DNA of 64,000 nucleotides from contig JANJGN010000047.1 in the NCBI GenBank assembly GCA_026770705.1, positions 4,402,001 to 4,466,000 on the forward strand, in the 5' to 3' direction. Numbering within the stretch: position 1 is the stretch's first letter; every line of letters begins with the position of its first letter. The stretch comes from Isurus oxyrinchus (Eukaryota). A program made the position numbers and the translations under genes. This document shows positions 53,901 through 64,000 of this stretch, piece by piece. Below the pieces are notes generated by a model. That model did not search any database. It had not been told where the DNA came from and saw nothing but the letters and a program-made list of their open reading frames with translations.

Positions 53901-56900
53901 ACCTAAAGGGTGCTTTGCCGTTTGGTGGAAAATAGCGATCAGATCAGTGTTTCCAACTTCCCAAGGGACTGCTCACTGCATTCATTAGGTATCAGACTGA
54001 CAAAATTATGCAAAGAGAGGATTATAAAACAGAAAATGCAATCCACTCTCATCAACTATGATAGCCTACAGGGCCGCTGATCTCAGGGGCTGAGAATCAT
54101 ATTCGGGTATCATTTATCCAACATTATGAATACCTATAATGGAAAGAAAAACACATTCAAACTACTTTCAACAGAATCCACGAGAACATTTTTTCAATAA
54201 CTAATAAGAATATGCTAAACACTGGGCCAAACCATTGGGAACAAGAGCACATGGCAAAAAAAGAAATAACGATAAGTTAGGGAAGAATAACAATGATGGG
54301 AAGAATTGTGGTGGCATGCAGGATAAGGGAGAACGTGAAGAAAGATGAAAAATGTAGTTATGGTGATAATAATGACTAGTCAATGAAATGATCGTGGATT
54401 GTCTAGCAAATTAGTAGAATATTTAACGGTACAAAGTAAGGGTAGGTCAATATGGCATGACAGTGTTCCAAAAAGGAACTGAAAGAATAAGAGCGGCATT
54501 CATGAAATATCAGAAATATTACTTAACAACATTATTTTAGTATTCACTAGGGGTAAGAGGGCATGACTTTGGAAAATTAGATTAGGAGCGACAACAATTC
54601 ATTTAAAAAGAAAGTTAAAAAAAAATCTTTCCAAAAATATCATGGGTCAGAACAATTTGCATCCATTAATTACGGAAAAAAATAAGATAGCAGAGGCACA
54701 TTTACAGTGATCAAACAATTCATTTCAAACAGTGGTAGTGCCACGATCCTGGCAGGTAACTAAAATTAAATGTGCAATTAAATATGGAGAAGAAAAATGT
54801 CCAGGACAAAAGATCCGTTGCCTGAACGTTGGTTGGAGAAAAACTTATTCAATTGATACAAAGGAGGAAAAGGGTACAAATTAGCATCAAACGACTAAAA
54901 TAGCAGCCAGCAAACACTCGATAATGGGAACTGTCACTTTAGGAACGTCAGCAAAATGTTCAAAAAGGTAACAGCATAGATAAGGTTAGCAGTGAGGACA
55001 TACATTCTGTGGATTTGAAAAATATTTTTTGGAACTGTGCCCTTAACATAACGATGGATAATACAATTGCTTACATCTCAGCTATTGCCCAGTGGGTGTC
55101 AAATTTGCTTCTCATTCAATATCTTCTGGCATCCAGTTCCACTCCAGTACTTGCTCAGAAATATCAAGGAGACACTTGAGCAGCTGATGCGCTCTTGGCA
55201 GTGTTCTCTTTCAGAGTCATTGTTTAAGTGGTGACCAAAATATCTTCTCCTGGAGAATTTAGACATGCCCTTGGTATACTGACAAATATGTATATCTTGA
55301 ACAAAATCACAAAGTCAGATTATCTGCTAATTAGTACATTGCTGTGGTTGCCCGTGGAAAGAATTTTTGTTTACAAATTGTCTGCCACCTGTCCCATATT
55401 TCAATAGTGACGATACGTCACAAGTGTCCATTAGCTGCAAACAGCTTTGGACATATGGTGATCATGAAAAGCACTGTTTGCTCTTATTCATTACATTTAC
55501 ATGGAGTCAAGTGACACCTATGGAAATGAGTAGCCTGCTGCCTGCAAGACAAGAAACAGAGTGTTATACAAGGTAGTTATGTAGGGGGAGGAAAGTGGGA
55601 ATGGGTATTTAAAACGCATCACTGCTGGGATTACTGTTGTTATAAATTAATCTGAATGATTTAGATTTTGGATGAAAACGATATATTTTTCTAAATGTAT
55701 CTAGTGACCAAATTGTGGTGGGCTGGGGGCAGTGAAAGCATTTTAAAAACAGACATTAATAAATTTCCGACAAAGAACATACGATTAGCAAATGAATCTC
55801 TACATAATAATTATGGGGAATTTCAATCTAGTATAACAAGTAAGAATTAATTTTCGATCTGTAACAATGAATCGGAATTAAATACTAAAATCGTTGAATG
55901 CAGGAGTTCAGGGAAACGAATAAAGAAAGAAAATCGATGCTGAATGATCAGGTTGTAAAAAACCAAAACAAACACTAATTTATTTCTGGATATTTGTCCG
56001 TGAATAACAATATTACTCTGTTGAACCTCGATCGAACATTAGTTCGAGGGAATTTGGAATATAATTTAGGGTTCTGACCAGCATATTATTATAAGATATA
56101 GAGGAGTAGTTGATGAGGCTCGCAGCACTTTACAAGAACGAAAACCGTGTTATGAGCAAAAGGAATCCAAAAATGCTGAAAATAAGGATCATAAAATTCT
56201 TGGTCTCTTTCTGGTTCCATTGCCCATGAGTTCCTTTCTCCTCCGTCAAATGGTGCGGAATTAACGTCTCTGAAAATGAAAGGGAAGGGGAGTTTTGGGC
56301 AGGGGATTATTTATTGTAACCTCTACTCCAAAGGTCTGAACACTTCTTTACCGTGTGGAGACTATAATGATATAAACAATTGCTCCAAGAACCAAATTAT
56401 TTTGTCCCCTTTCTTTAACAGTTTCTGCTTCCATTGTTTCGCTCAATGATATCGAATATTACACCAGCCACATTTTGGATTTCAAAAGTCTTGGATCGCA
56501 AACTCCTGACGAGAACTCATCCAGTATTCAGGGTGGGTAAAGTTTTACTTCCGACCGTCTCGTTTTCATCCTTCGCACTCAGTAATATCAACAATCGAAT
56601 GTGAAGTATTAACAAGAACAAAAACACCATTAAGTTGCACGGACGATGATATCAGCTACTACAGTGACTTTAGATAAAAGCGCTTCTGAAATACTTTCAG
56701 GCTGATACAATATCATATCAAAATCATGTGATTGTACTCAATAATACAAAGGAGTGAAATGCTTTAACTTAGAGTACATATCATATTATTAGTTTCATCA
56801 CAAGGCCCAGTAACCTGCGAAATGTGAAATGCGCATGCAGGCTGTCGAGATCATTGGGTCAGTGAGACACGTGACATCAAAACATAAAATAATAATACTG

Positions 56901-59848
56901 TGACGCTAAATGTTCCAAAAATTATCCACACATTAAACGCCCTCCCCTGTTAGTGCAACAGAACCACTGTTCTCTCCTCGGAATGTTTTGTTGACAAGTC
57001 TCAATGTTATTCCAACTCTTCACTGTTAGCAATTAATCTCAATGAAAGTCGTTTGTTCCTCCCAGCTTTCCGTGATTACGACGATGCTGAGACTACAGAC
57101 AATGATTCTAAGGGCGATCACTTGCTGCTGGACCGTGATCATGATGATTTTGTCACACGGGAAAATACCGGCGGTGATATTTTAACTCTGGGTGAGACAG
57201 AGATTTATTTATCTTCTCAGACTGTCTCTCTGTATTGTTGGTGACTTTCTTACTCTCTGCTTACATCGGTTCTGAAATGACTGATAGTCCATTGGATGAA
57301 CTGCGGAGTCTATCACTAACGGCACATGCGCTGCTTGAATGGTTGGGTAGACAGGTTGTCCGAACTGTTGTGCGCTCCGTCAATCATCTCGACTTAGTTT
57401 ATGCACGTTTGTGTTTGCTGGATTGCGGCCAGCCGCGTTCTCAGATAAGTCGCGGGGTTCGCTGAGTGTCTTCAGGGATGCGTTGGAAACATCCCTGAAT
57501 TGTTTTTCCTCCTCCTTCTGGGAGAAATCTGCCTCCTGCACCTCCCGCCACTGACTTCAGAGTAGATGATTACTTGTGATTATTCCTTCCATCACCAGCT
57601 CACATTTGCGGAATGAACTGGATCTCTTTTAAAGTTCATTCATATTGGCGATTGAACAAAGCTTTTTTAGGAGTATGCTCCTCTTGAGCTGATACCACTT
57701 ATTTCTTGAATTTGTTGGATATGGGCGACACTGACTTGGCCAGAATTTATTGCCAGAACACAATTGTCTTTGCAAAGGTGGTGGTGAGCTGCATTCTTGT
57801 AGCTTTGTAGCCCCTCTATTGTAAGTACCCGCACAAAGCTGTTGAACACAGGTTTCCAGCATTCTGAGCCAGTGACACTGAATTAAAGGCAATAAATTTC
57901 CAAGCCAGAAAGGCTTGTGGCTTGGAGGGACATTCCAAATGTCGGTGATCTCATGTATGCTATTCCCGTGTCCCACTAAATGGCCCTGGTCCGGCGCTCA
58001 GATGGTGCTGCCACAGGGGAGTTAGTGAGATTCTGCAGTACCTCCTACAGATGGTGCACATTGATGCTACTGTTCTTCAATGTGATGGGAGTGAATGTTT
58101 GTGGAAGGGATAGCAATCAAGCAGAGTTCCTAGTTCCGTATGTTGATGAGCTTCTTGCGTGTTGTTAGTCGTGCAATCGTCCACTCAAGTGAAGAGTTTT
58201 CCATTAGGCTCCTGACTTGTGCCTTGTCGACTATGTACAGGTTCTGTGGAGTCAGGAGTTGAGCTGCTCACCTCAGGGTTCTGAGAATCTGACATGCTCT
58301 TGTAGTCAAAGTGTTTACCTGGCTATTCCAGTTCAATTGATGGTCAATTGTAAGCCCCACGATTTTGATAGCGGGGGATTCAGAGATGACCATGCCATTA
58401 AATGTCAAGGTTAGATTCTCCCTTATGGGAGATGGTAATTGTCTGGCACCTTTGTGGAGTGAATGTTACTTGTCACATGTCAGCACAAGACGGGATATTT
58501 TCAAAATTGTGCTGCATTTAGTCAAGGGCAATTTCAGAACCTGAGCTGTTGTGAACGGTGATGATCACGGTGCAATCAACAGCGAACATTCCCGATTCTC
58601 ACCTTCTGATGAAAGGAAGGTCATTCATGAAGCAGCTGAAGATGACTGGGCCGAGGGCACTAATCCGAGGAACTCCTGCAGTGGTGCCCTATAACTGAGA
58701 TCCATGGCCTCCAAAAGCCACAGCCATTTTCCTGTGTGGTATATGTTACTCCAAGCAACGGCAAGTTTTTTTTTTTCATTCCCTTGGATCCCAAAGACTC
58801 CAGTTTCACTCGGGCTACTTGAAGCCACGCTGCGGTCACATAACGCCCTGATGTCAAAGGCACTCACTGGCCCCTCACCGTGGCAGTTCAGGTTTGTTGT
58901 CCATGTTTGATCCAAGGCCAAAAATAATAATGAACCCATACTGATTGACACTGAGCAGGAGACTGCAAAGCATGAGTCGCTTCTGATTTTAGTGATGATG
59001 GAGAGTAGACTGATTGGGATCGGGTTGGCTTTAGTCATTGATAAACTTAATGCTGTTTGCTGTGATTTTCTCATTTGTTCAGACCCCTAGCAGGAATACG
59101 TCGAGTGCTCAACATGAAACATCAGGCTTTGCAGGACGTCGTCTGTTGCCTCCCAGCAGCACAACGCAGCCCGGGCAAAAATAAACATCATTTCTCTTTC
59201 ATTCATAAATAAATAAATTCTAACATCTTCATGGTGCTGTCCCACACCCACACACATGCTTACTCACTTGTGCACAAACACACCAGGCACCGGAAATGCA
59301 CCCGCTCTCAGCCCATTATTAACCAATAATATGTTCATCCTAAGTGCATAACACTCAGGTTATTTTTGATTACGCCTTATCGGTTCCTCCCATTCCTGAT
59401 ATGTATGACAATGTCTTCTGTAAAACATTCACAAACCTGCCCAATCTGTCCCCAGAAAGCAGTGAGGGTATTGTTCAAACTTTACAGCATATACATTAAA
59501 CTGGGAAAGCAATGCTTTATTACCGGCTACAAGCTTGTTCCGCATAGTTAGGGACTATGAAGCCCTCTCTGGTCTTTACCATATCATTACATGGAGTTGT
59601 TCCGATGCTTTTAATGATGCGGAAATTATCAATGATAATTTGCTGTTTTTTTATTTTCAATTCAACAAACAACAAAAAAAACTATTTGATTTGGAAATAG
59701 TCCGAAGAATAAAATGAATGCATCGCTTTCATTTAGATGATGGCGGAAATAGTTGCAACACTCTCTCTAAAGTAATATTATTTTAACCCATCTTTCAGGT
59801 AAAATACATCGACAAATCGAGGATCCGACGTCCCACGCATGTGACTAA
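26908..59848 (+). CDS. Multi-exon CD163/SCART1/WC1-like group-B SRCR type I membrane receptor (leader, 8 SRCR domains, TM, Tyr-motif tail), about 1063 aa
   Basis: Hand-assembled exons, all with AG/GT ends and phase-1 introns: 26908-26953, 31739-31771, 32476-32790, 35371-35403, 36112-36426, 41534-41848, 43017-43331, 47486-47800, 48776-49090, 50081-50398, 50603-50920, 51069-51110, 51296-51412, 53599-53706, 56422-56532, 57066-57191, 59799-59848. Total 3192 nt, open frame with no internal stop. Small and terminal exons are less certain than the SRCR exons. Confidence 0.85.
31739..31771 (+). CDS. 33-nt linker micro-exon, copy 1 ([11 protein letters not shown])
   Basis: tttcatttcag acceptor and G|gtaata donor. 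Phase 1-1, in frame between leader and SRCR1. Identical in the second repeat unit. Confidence 0.7.
32476..32790 (+). CDS. SRCR domain 1 (6-Cys, WC1 domain-a-like, lacks C2 and C7)
   Basis: [45 protein letters not shown]...ICS; 315 nt; ttttacag / gtacaa. Confidence 0.95.
35371..35403 (+). CDS. 33-nt linker micro-exon, copy 2
   Basis: Same sequence and splice sites as 31739-31771. Confidence 0.65.
36112..36426 (+). CDS. SRCR domain 2 (duplicate of domain 1, C5 replaced by Tyr)
   Basis: [39 protein letters not shown]...VQYSGNE...ICS; 315 nt; splice sites intact. Confidence 0.9.
37650..38330 (+). mobile_element. L2/CR1-group LINE 3' fragment
   Basis: Similar to 60530-61255 (caccatcaaccaccattctctccctcagtgc...aattgtcttc...aactccc...cagcttc..caag). 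Confidence 0.5.
41534..41848 (+). CDS. SRCR domain 3 (8 Cys)
   Basis: [30 protein letters not shown]...VSCS; 315 nt; ctcag / gtgagt. Confidence 0.95.
43017..43331 (+). CDS. SRCR domain 4 (8 Cys)
   Basis: [27 protein letters not shown]...VICS; 315 nt; aacag / gtgaga. Confidence 0.95.
43390..45000 (-). mobile_element. CR1 LINE 3' fragment hosting an internal minisatellite
   Basis: CR1 tail before 43525. After 44555, cccagaaatggaagcattattccagatgaggccg (reverse complement of RPHLE...FW). Confidence 0.65.
43525..44552. repeat. 37-bp minisatellite, about 28 degenerate units (cagatcctcatccaccacattctcagacagtgcattg)
   Basis: Anchors at 43599, 43636, 43673, 43710 and 43747, spaced 37 bp. Confidence 0.92.
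45110..45520 (+). mobile_element. Deu-domain SINE (SacSINE1/AmnSINE-like), degenerate
   Basis: atctggtcattatcacac...atggctgcggcgttcc...tgcaacagtg matches the recalled Deu SINE 3' part. Confidence 0.6.
45550..46800 (-). mobile_element. Decayed CR1 LINE RT region
   Basis: tcaaagtccatcaaagccacatccac (reverse complement of VDV..MDF), aagggtgtaatatttg (NITPL). Confidence 0.6.
47486..47800 (+). CDS. SRCR domain 5 (lacks C2 and C7; C4 is Arg)
   Basis: [30 protein letters not shown]...VLCS; 315 nt; tgtag / gtgaat. Confidence 0.93.
48776..49090 (+). CDS. SRCR domain 6
   Basis: [30 protein letters not shown]...[14 protein letters not shown]; 315 nt; atcag / gtaagg. Confidence 0.95.
50081..50398 (+). 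CDS. SRCR domain 7
   Basis: [26 protein letters not shown]...[14 protein letters not shown]; 318 nt; gatag / gtaaca. Confidence 0.95.
50603..50920 (+). CDS. SRCR domain 8 (membrane-proximal)
   Basis: [30 protein letters not shown]...[13 protein letters not shown]; 318 nt; gacag / gtaagg. Confidence 0.95.
51069..51110 (+). CDS. Stalk micro-exon ([14 protein letters not shown])
   Basis: catag acceptor, CAG|gttggt donor, 42 nt, phase 1-1, Pro/Ser rich. Confidence 0.6.
51296..51412 (+). CDS. Transmembrane exon ([32 protein letters not shown])
   Basis: About 23-residue hydrophobic run followed by a basic stop-transfer segment; ttaag / gtgagg; 117 nt. Confidence 0.9.
51500..52600 (-). mobile_element. 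L2/CR1-group LINE 3' fragment
   Basis: attgcccttgagaa...cttcttgaaccgttgcagtccatgt tail, the reverse complement of 61100-61210. Confidence 0.7.
53599..53706 (+). CDS. Cytoplasmic exon 1 with LYQAIYEEI motif
   Basis: ccatcag / gtttgt; 108 nt open in phase 1; a YEE(I/L) motif is typical of WC1/SCART tails. Confidence 0.85.
54190..56300 (+). mobile_element. Old A-rich CR1 LINE ORF2 fragments with an embedded SINE
   Basis: cctggcaggtaactaa..atatggagaagaaa (W...N...K), [15 protein letters not shown] near 55620-55670. Confidence 0.55.
55090..55480 (+). mobile_element. Deu-domain SINE, degenerate
   Basis: cagattatctg..attag.acattgctg...caaattg.ctgcc...caatagtgac...attagctg.aaa..gctttgg. Confidence 0.6.
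56422..56532 (+). CDS. Cytoplasmic exon 2 ([17 protein letters not shown]...SSSIQ)
   Basis: Polypyrimidine tract plus aacag acceptor, G|gtgggt donor; 111 nt open in phase 1. Confidence 0.7.
57066..57191 (+). CDS. Cytoplasmic exon 3 with DYDDA motif
   Basis: ttcctcccag / gtgaga; 126 nt; acidic; a YDD(A/V) motif is seen in WC1/SCART tails. Confidence 0.8.
57690..59020 (-). mobile_element. L2/CR1-group LINE fragment
   Basis: Same family as 51500-52600. ctgggccgagggcactaatccgaggaactcc (reverse complement of GVP.GS.LGP) and ccctgatgtcaaaggc (A.DI.A). Confidence 0.7.
59799..59848 (+). CDS. Probable terminal coding exon ([16 protein letters not shown])
   Basis: tctttcag acceptor, TAA at 59846-59848, AATAAA at 59884-59889. 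A rival acceptor at 59083 would give DP*. Confidence 0.5.
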
Positions 59849-59883
59849 CTGTGTGATATCTGAGGGAACGACCTTAAGTTTTC

Positions 59884-59889
59884 AATAAA
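59884..59889 (+). promoter_or_regulatory. Candidate polyadenylation signal AATAAA
   Basis: 35 nt downstream of the predicted stop codon. Confidence 0.4.
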
Positions 59890-60529
59890 TATATCCATCT
59901 GGAAGATGCTTAACTTTCCGACATAAACATGTTTTGAGAAAAAAAAAACAAACGTTACCTTGTGTGGAGACATCTAGATTCGTTTCTTATATCTATAAAT
60001 TATCTTAAAAAGTATAAATACTGTCTAATCAGAATTGTAGGACAAATGATTTTTTTCCCGCATTTTCATGTATATAATTAAACTGTAGCACACTCCGCTG
60101 TATCGACAATGCAACCCATCAAGAGAATTGAAGAGCTGATGACTATCATTAAAAGTTATTTTCAGCTCCATTTTGTAATAGTTTCTTTTAATTTTATAAC
60201 ATAATTGCTCAGTTGTCCATCAGTGGAGCTCAGATCTAACTGACTCAGGAGAAATAATTCACCGTGCACTATCCCCCAGCAGCTCTTATTTTAGTTCCAT
60301 GAGGTTGGCGATTGTATCAGGCATGACCACATGCAGAGGGCCACCATTATAACAAATACAGCACAAAATAGAGACAAAATGTTCAAATAATGACATAACA
60401 TAGACTGTTAGAGAAACAGTGCTCATGTTTTCTGTCTGTGAAAGGGTCATGGGCCGGATTGATTAAATAAACCCTCAGCTCTAGCACTCTGTGTTCTGTC
60501 CCTGTGAACTTGCTGTGCTATGTACGCTC

Positions 60530-61255
60530 AGGGCAAAAATTCTTCCATCTCTGAAAGGCTGGTGGAAACATAATCGCACTTGATTTTTGTTGCCAATCTT
60601 CCAGCTGGTGGAACCGAATCACCAGCTGTTTGGAATTTCGTCCTGTCTTCACCTGTAGCGAGACACCAACAGTTGACATCAAGCGATCCTTCCCCAGACA
60701 CTAACGGGACACCATGGAAGCTGGAGTTATGCACACAGGAAACTAATTCCCCCTCACGCCACAGTCTACTCGAGCATATTCTACATCCTTCTGAATTCCC
60801 ATAACACTCAAGACACTCAAGAACATCCAGTACAAAGTCGCCTGCTTGACTGCTGCACCACCCGCCATCTACGGCCTTAAATAAATCATTCCCTCTCCCT
60901 TTGACAATGGTAGCAGTGTGTACCATTTCAAAGATACACTGCAAATACTGCATAAGATTATTTTGGCAAAACTTCCACACACACGAGATCTCCAACATAG
61001 AAGGACAAGGGCAGCAGGCGCATGGAAGCGATGCTACCTGCAATTTCCCATCCAAGTCTCACACACCGTATGGACTTGGAAGTATATTTTCGTTCTTTTA
61101 CTGCCGATGCACAAAATTCCTGGAAATCCCACTGAACCGCACAGAGAATGTATCTACACCACAGGAATTTGGCTCCCATCATAAATATCAGGGCAATTGG
61201 CAATGGGCAGGGTATAGTGGCCTAGCAAGTGATGCAACATCACGCAAATGCCTTT
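60530..61255 (+). mobile_element. L2/CR1-group LINE 3' end
   Basis: gcagtgtgtaccat...agaaggacaagggcagcag...tcccatccaagtc.cacac...gacttggaa...gggcaatt. Confidence 0.7.
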
Positions 61256-61574
61256 ATAAAAATGGTATAGCTGTCTGACACATCATTCCCACTTCTTGCT
61301 ATCACTAATATTTTGAAAGACATTTACAATTCTCTTCAGACTATACCATTTCTAGTATCCTGGCCTTCACTAATTCTGCTTCACAATGGACATCCAGTTC
61401 CCCTACAACAACTAGGACATAGCACTACATCTGTATCACCGTTCCTTCCATGTTGTTGGTTTAGGGTCCTGGAATTCCCTTCCTTACAACTCTATAATTA
61501 AAGGGCAGTTAGGAATCAGCAACAAAATCTGAATTTACCACAACTCCCGCATACCACAAAAGAATAAAAACGTG

Positions 61575-62325
61575 ATGCATCCTTCCCTCAGCAAAACAGC
61601 CAATCCCCATAGAACTCTATCTTCACCAGGTTTCCCAATCCCTCTAAGCCTCATGCATCACGACAACATTCAGTCTCCCTGCAAATCCATTCATCAGCAG
61701 GGCATCCAGTTCGTCTACACACACATACCTCAGCAATACAATTGGTCTCTCTGAATGTATATTGTTCAACAAGACATCCAGTTTCACTATGCCAACATCC
61801 CTCACAACGACATTCAGTCTTTCTTTAACTCCATCAGTCGCCACGTCTTGTAGTCCCTCTGCATAACATTCCCTCAATGGATATCTTGTTCCTCTTCACC
61901 TAAATGCCGCATCCACATCTACATTCCTCTCTAGGGCACACAATCTTTCCACCTTTCCATGCCTCACGAGGAAATTCAATCCCTCTCTACCTTCGTCTAC
62001 CAACAGGGTATTGATAACCTCTACCCCTTCATCTTCACCAGGAAAAGCAATCTCTCTTCACCTCCATCCCGCAATATGACCGGCAGTCACTCCTCACCTC
62101 CATCCATCACAGGGCATGCAGTTATCCTGCGCATCGGACACTCAGAAGCATACATTTTCCCTCTACACATTCATCCCTCAGCCTGGCACATAGTAAGACT
62201 GCATTCCCATTACTCAGCCAGACATCCAGCTTGTCCAGGCCACCTCACTCACCCCTGGCATCCGGTACCTCTACACATCTCCCTCCGCGGGCATCCAGTC
62301 CTTCTACACTTTCATCCCTCACCAG
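61575..62325. repeat. Degenerate 36-bp minisatellite, about 20 units (gggcatccagtccctctacacctccatccctcacca-like)
   Basis: cat(c/t)cagt anchors at 61667, 61703, 61775 and 61811. Confidence 0.75.
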
Positions 62326-63852
62326 TGAGGTTAAGTGACTATGATATGGTTGAGTTTTTCATGAGGACAGAAAGTGACGTATTTTGTTCTGAAACAAGGG
62401 TCCTGAAAAATAATGGAGAAGACTGCGATGGTTTGGGGTGCGGCCTGCCTATGCTGGATTTGGAAACGTTGTTTGGAGGGATGACGATGGATGGGCAGTG
62501 ACGGATATTTGGGGGGCGCTTTGTGGCTTCAACACTTGTTTGTTCATGTCTGGCGCAAGGGGGAGATAGCAATGGTGTCTGATCCATGGCCTACAGGGGA
62601 AATTGGGGATAGTGTTGGATCCAAGGAAGCGGAAGACAAGTTGGAGGGGAAAAAGGGAAAGACATGAGGATTGGGAGCACTTTAGAGTTCATCAGGGGAA
62701 GACCAGGGGATTGATTAAGTGGCGAGGGTGGAGTGTGCGAGTAGACTTGCGGGAAAATATCAACTGACTGTTAACGCTTCTATAGAATGTGAGGAGGGAA
62801 GGGTTGGTGGATACATGAGCGGGTCTCTTAGAGTCAGAAACAGGTGATTTATGATTGAGAACGAAGAGGTGGTTGACCAACCAGATGGATACTTTTGTTC
62901 TGACTTCACAAAGGAGGACGTGGATGATGTGCCAGAAATGTTGGAGAGCAGGGTCTAGAGTGTAAGGGAGGAGCTGTAAGGGACCAGTATGGGCACAAAA
63001 ATGGTGTTGGAGGGATTGATGGGATTGAGGGCGAGTGGAATACTGGGGCCTGATTGTCTACGTCCCAGTGTACTTGGGGAGGTCGCCCTTTAAGTGGTGG
63101 ATGCACTGGTGGTCATATCCCGAGATTCTGTAGAGTCGGGTAACGTTCCTGCGGGTTGGAGTTTAACTAATGGAACAGCAAAATTTGGAAGGGGAGTTAG
63201 AGAGAAGGCAGGGAGTTGTTGACCAGTCGGGCTGACAACGGTGGTGTGGAGAATTCAGGAGTTGAATTTGGAATATTTGGTCGGTGAGCCCTTGGGAAGC
63301 AGTGGCAGAATCGGACAGAGTCAGAGACGGACAGAAGACTGGTTGGCAGGCAAGAATTAGGGAGCAGTCATGATCAGGTCTTTTACCGAATGGCATGCAG
63401 TGAATAGAGCAGTGCTGAGGGGGTCGTTGCTGACATCCAAATTATTCAGGGTGTGTGTCGATGGTTTGGATGAGGGAGCTGGGTGTGGTGTCTCCGAATT
63501 TGCAGATGGCATGGTTCTGGTTGGGAGGGTGAGCTGTGTGGAGGATGCGGAGATGCTTCGGTGTGATTTGGACAGGGTGAGTGGGTGGGCTGCTGCATGC
63601 CAGAAGCAGTGTGCTGGGGACGGATGTGAGTTTGTCCACTCTGGTCGCAGGGATGGGAGGGAAGATCGTTATCTGAATGGCTTTGAATTGAGTGAGGGAA
63701 GTGGGCAAAGAGGTATGGGGGTCCTTGTGCACCTGCCACTGAGGGTAAGCATGCTAGTGCAGTGGTCAATGGGGGAGGTGGATGGTGTGTCGGCCTTCGT
63801 AGCTGGAAGATTCGAGTAAAGGAGGGGGGATGTATTGCTGCAAATATACAGA
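62326..63852 (+). mobile_element. CR1-type LINE ORF2 fragment (linker plus RT), strongly A-to-G hypermutated
   Basis: ORF 63370-63819 GSLLTSKLFRVCVDGLDEGAGCGVSEFADG...DLDRVSGWA...CEFVHSGR corresponds to CR1 GSVLGP.LF.IYINDLDEG...ISKFADD...DLDRLSEWA...CEVIHFG. Confidence 0.88.
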
Positions 63853-64000
63853 TTATCAAATTTCATATCCGAGTGTCACAAACACTGCTCATCATAACAA
63901 GGAGACACAGGAAAGGCACATTCTGGGGCGTTAATTTATACTAGTGAAGTAGAAGGGATTAACACACTTGCCCAGGCTCTGCAGGTCCATTTCCCAAACT

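Noticed and set aside
26908-59848. Calling the SRCR gene DMBT1 or CD163
   Set aside because: No CUB/ZP domains or repeated SID spacers are visible, and the tail is long and Tyr-rich. Orthology cannot be fixed without phylogeny, so no symbol is given.

Overview
Eukaryotic, AT-rich, repeat-dense vertebrate genomic DNA. The CR1 LINE tails, Deu-domain SINEs, Penelope-like elements and GPR139-like gene family point to a cartilaginous fish (inference). The main gene is an apparently intact plus-strand type I membrane receptor of about 1063 aa (about 26.9-59.8 kb, 17 hand-built exons). It has a signal peptide, 8 group-B SRCR domains, a TM helix with an internal Cys-Glu and a tyrosine-motif tail ([12 protein letters not shown]), so it belongs to the CD163/SCART/WC1 family. 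Its N-terminal 6-Cys domain plus a 33-nt linker exon lie in a recent 3.63-kb head-to-tail duplication whose two copies differ at 12 residues. Upstream are a two-exon GPR139-like GPCR pseudogene with a partial duplicate, and a nest of Penelope-like retroelements: two young copies with 14-bp TSDs and hammerhead-like motifs, inserted into an older copy. The window ends in a CR1 LINE with a dense A-to-G signature suggestive of ADAR hyper-editing before integration. All comparisons were made by eye, and family consensus sequences are from memory, not database searches.
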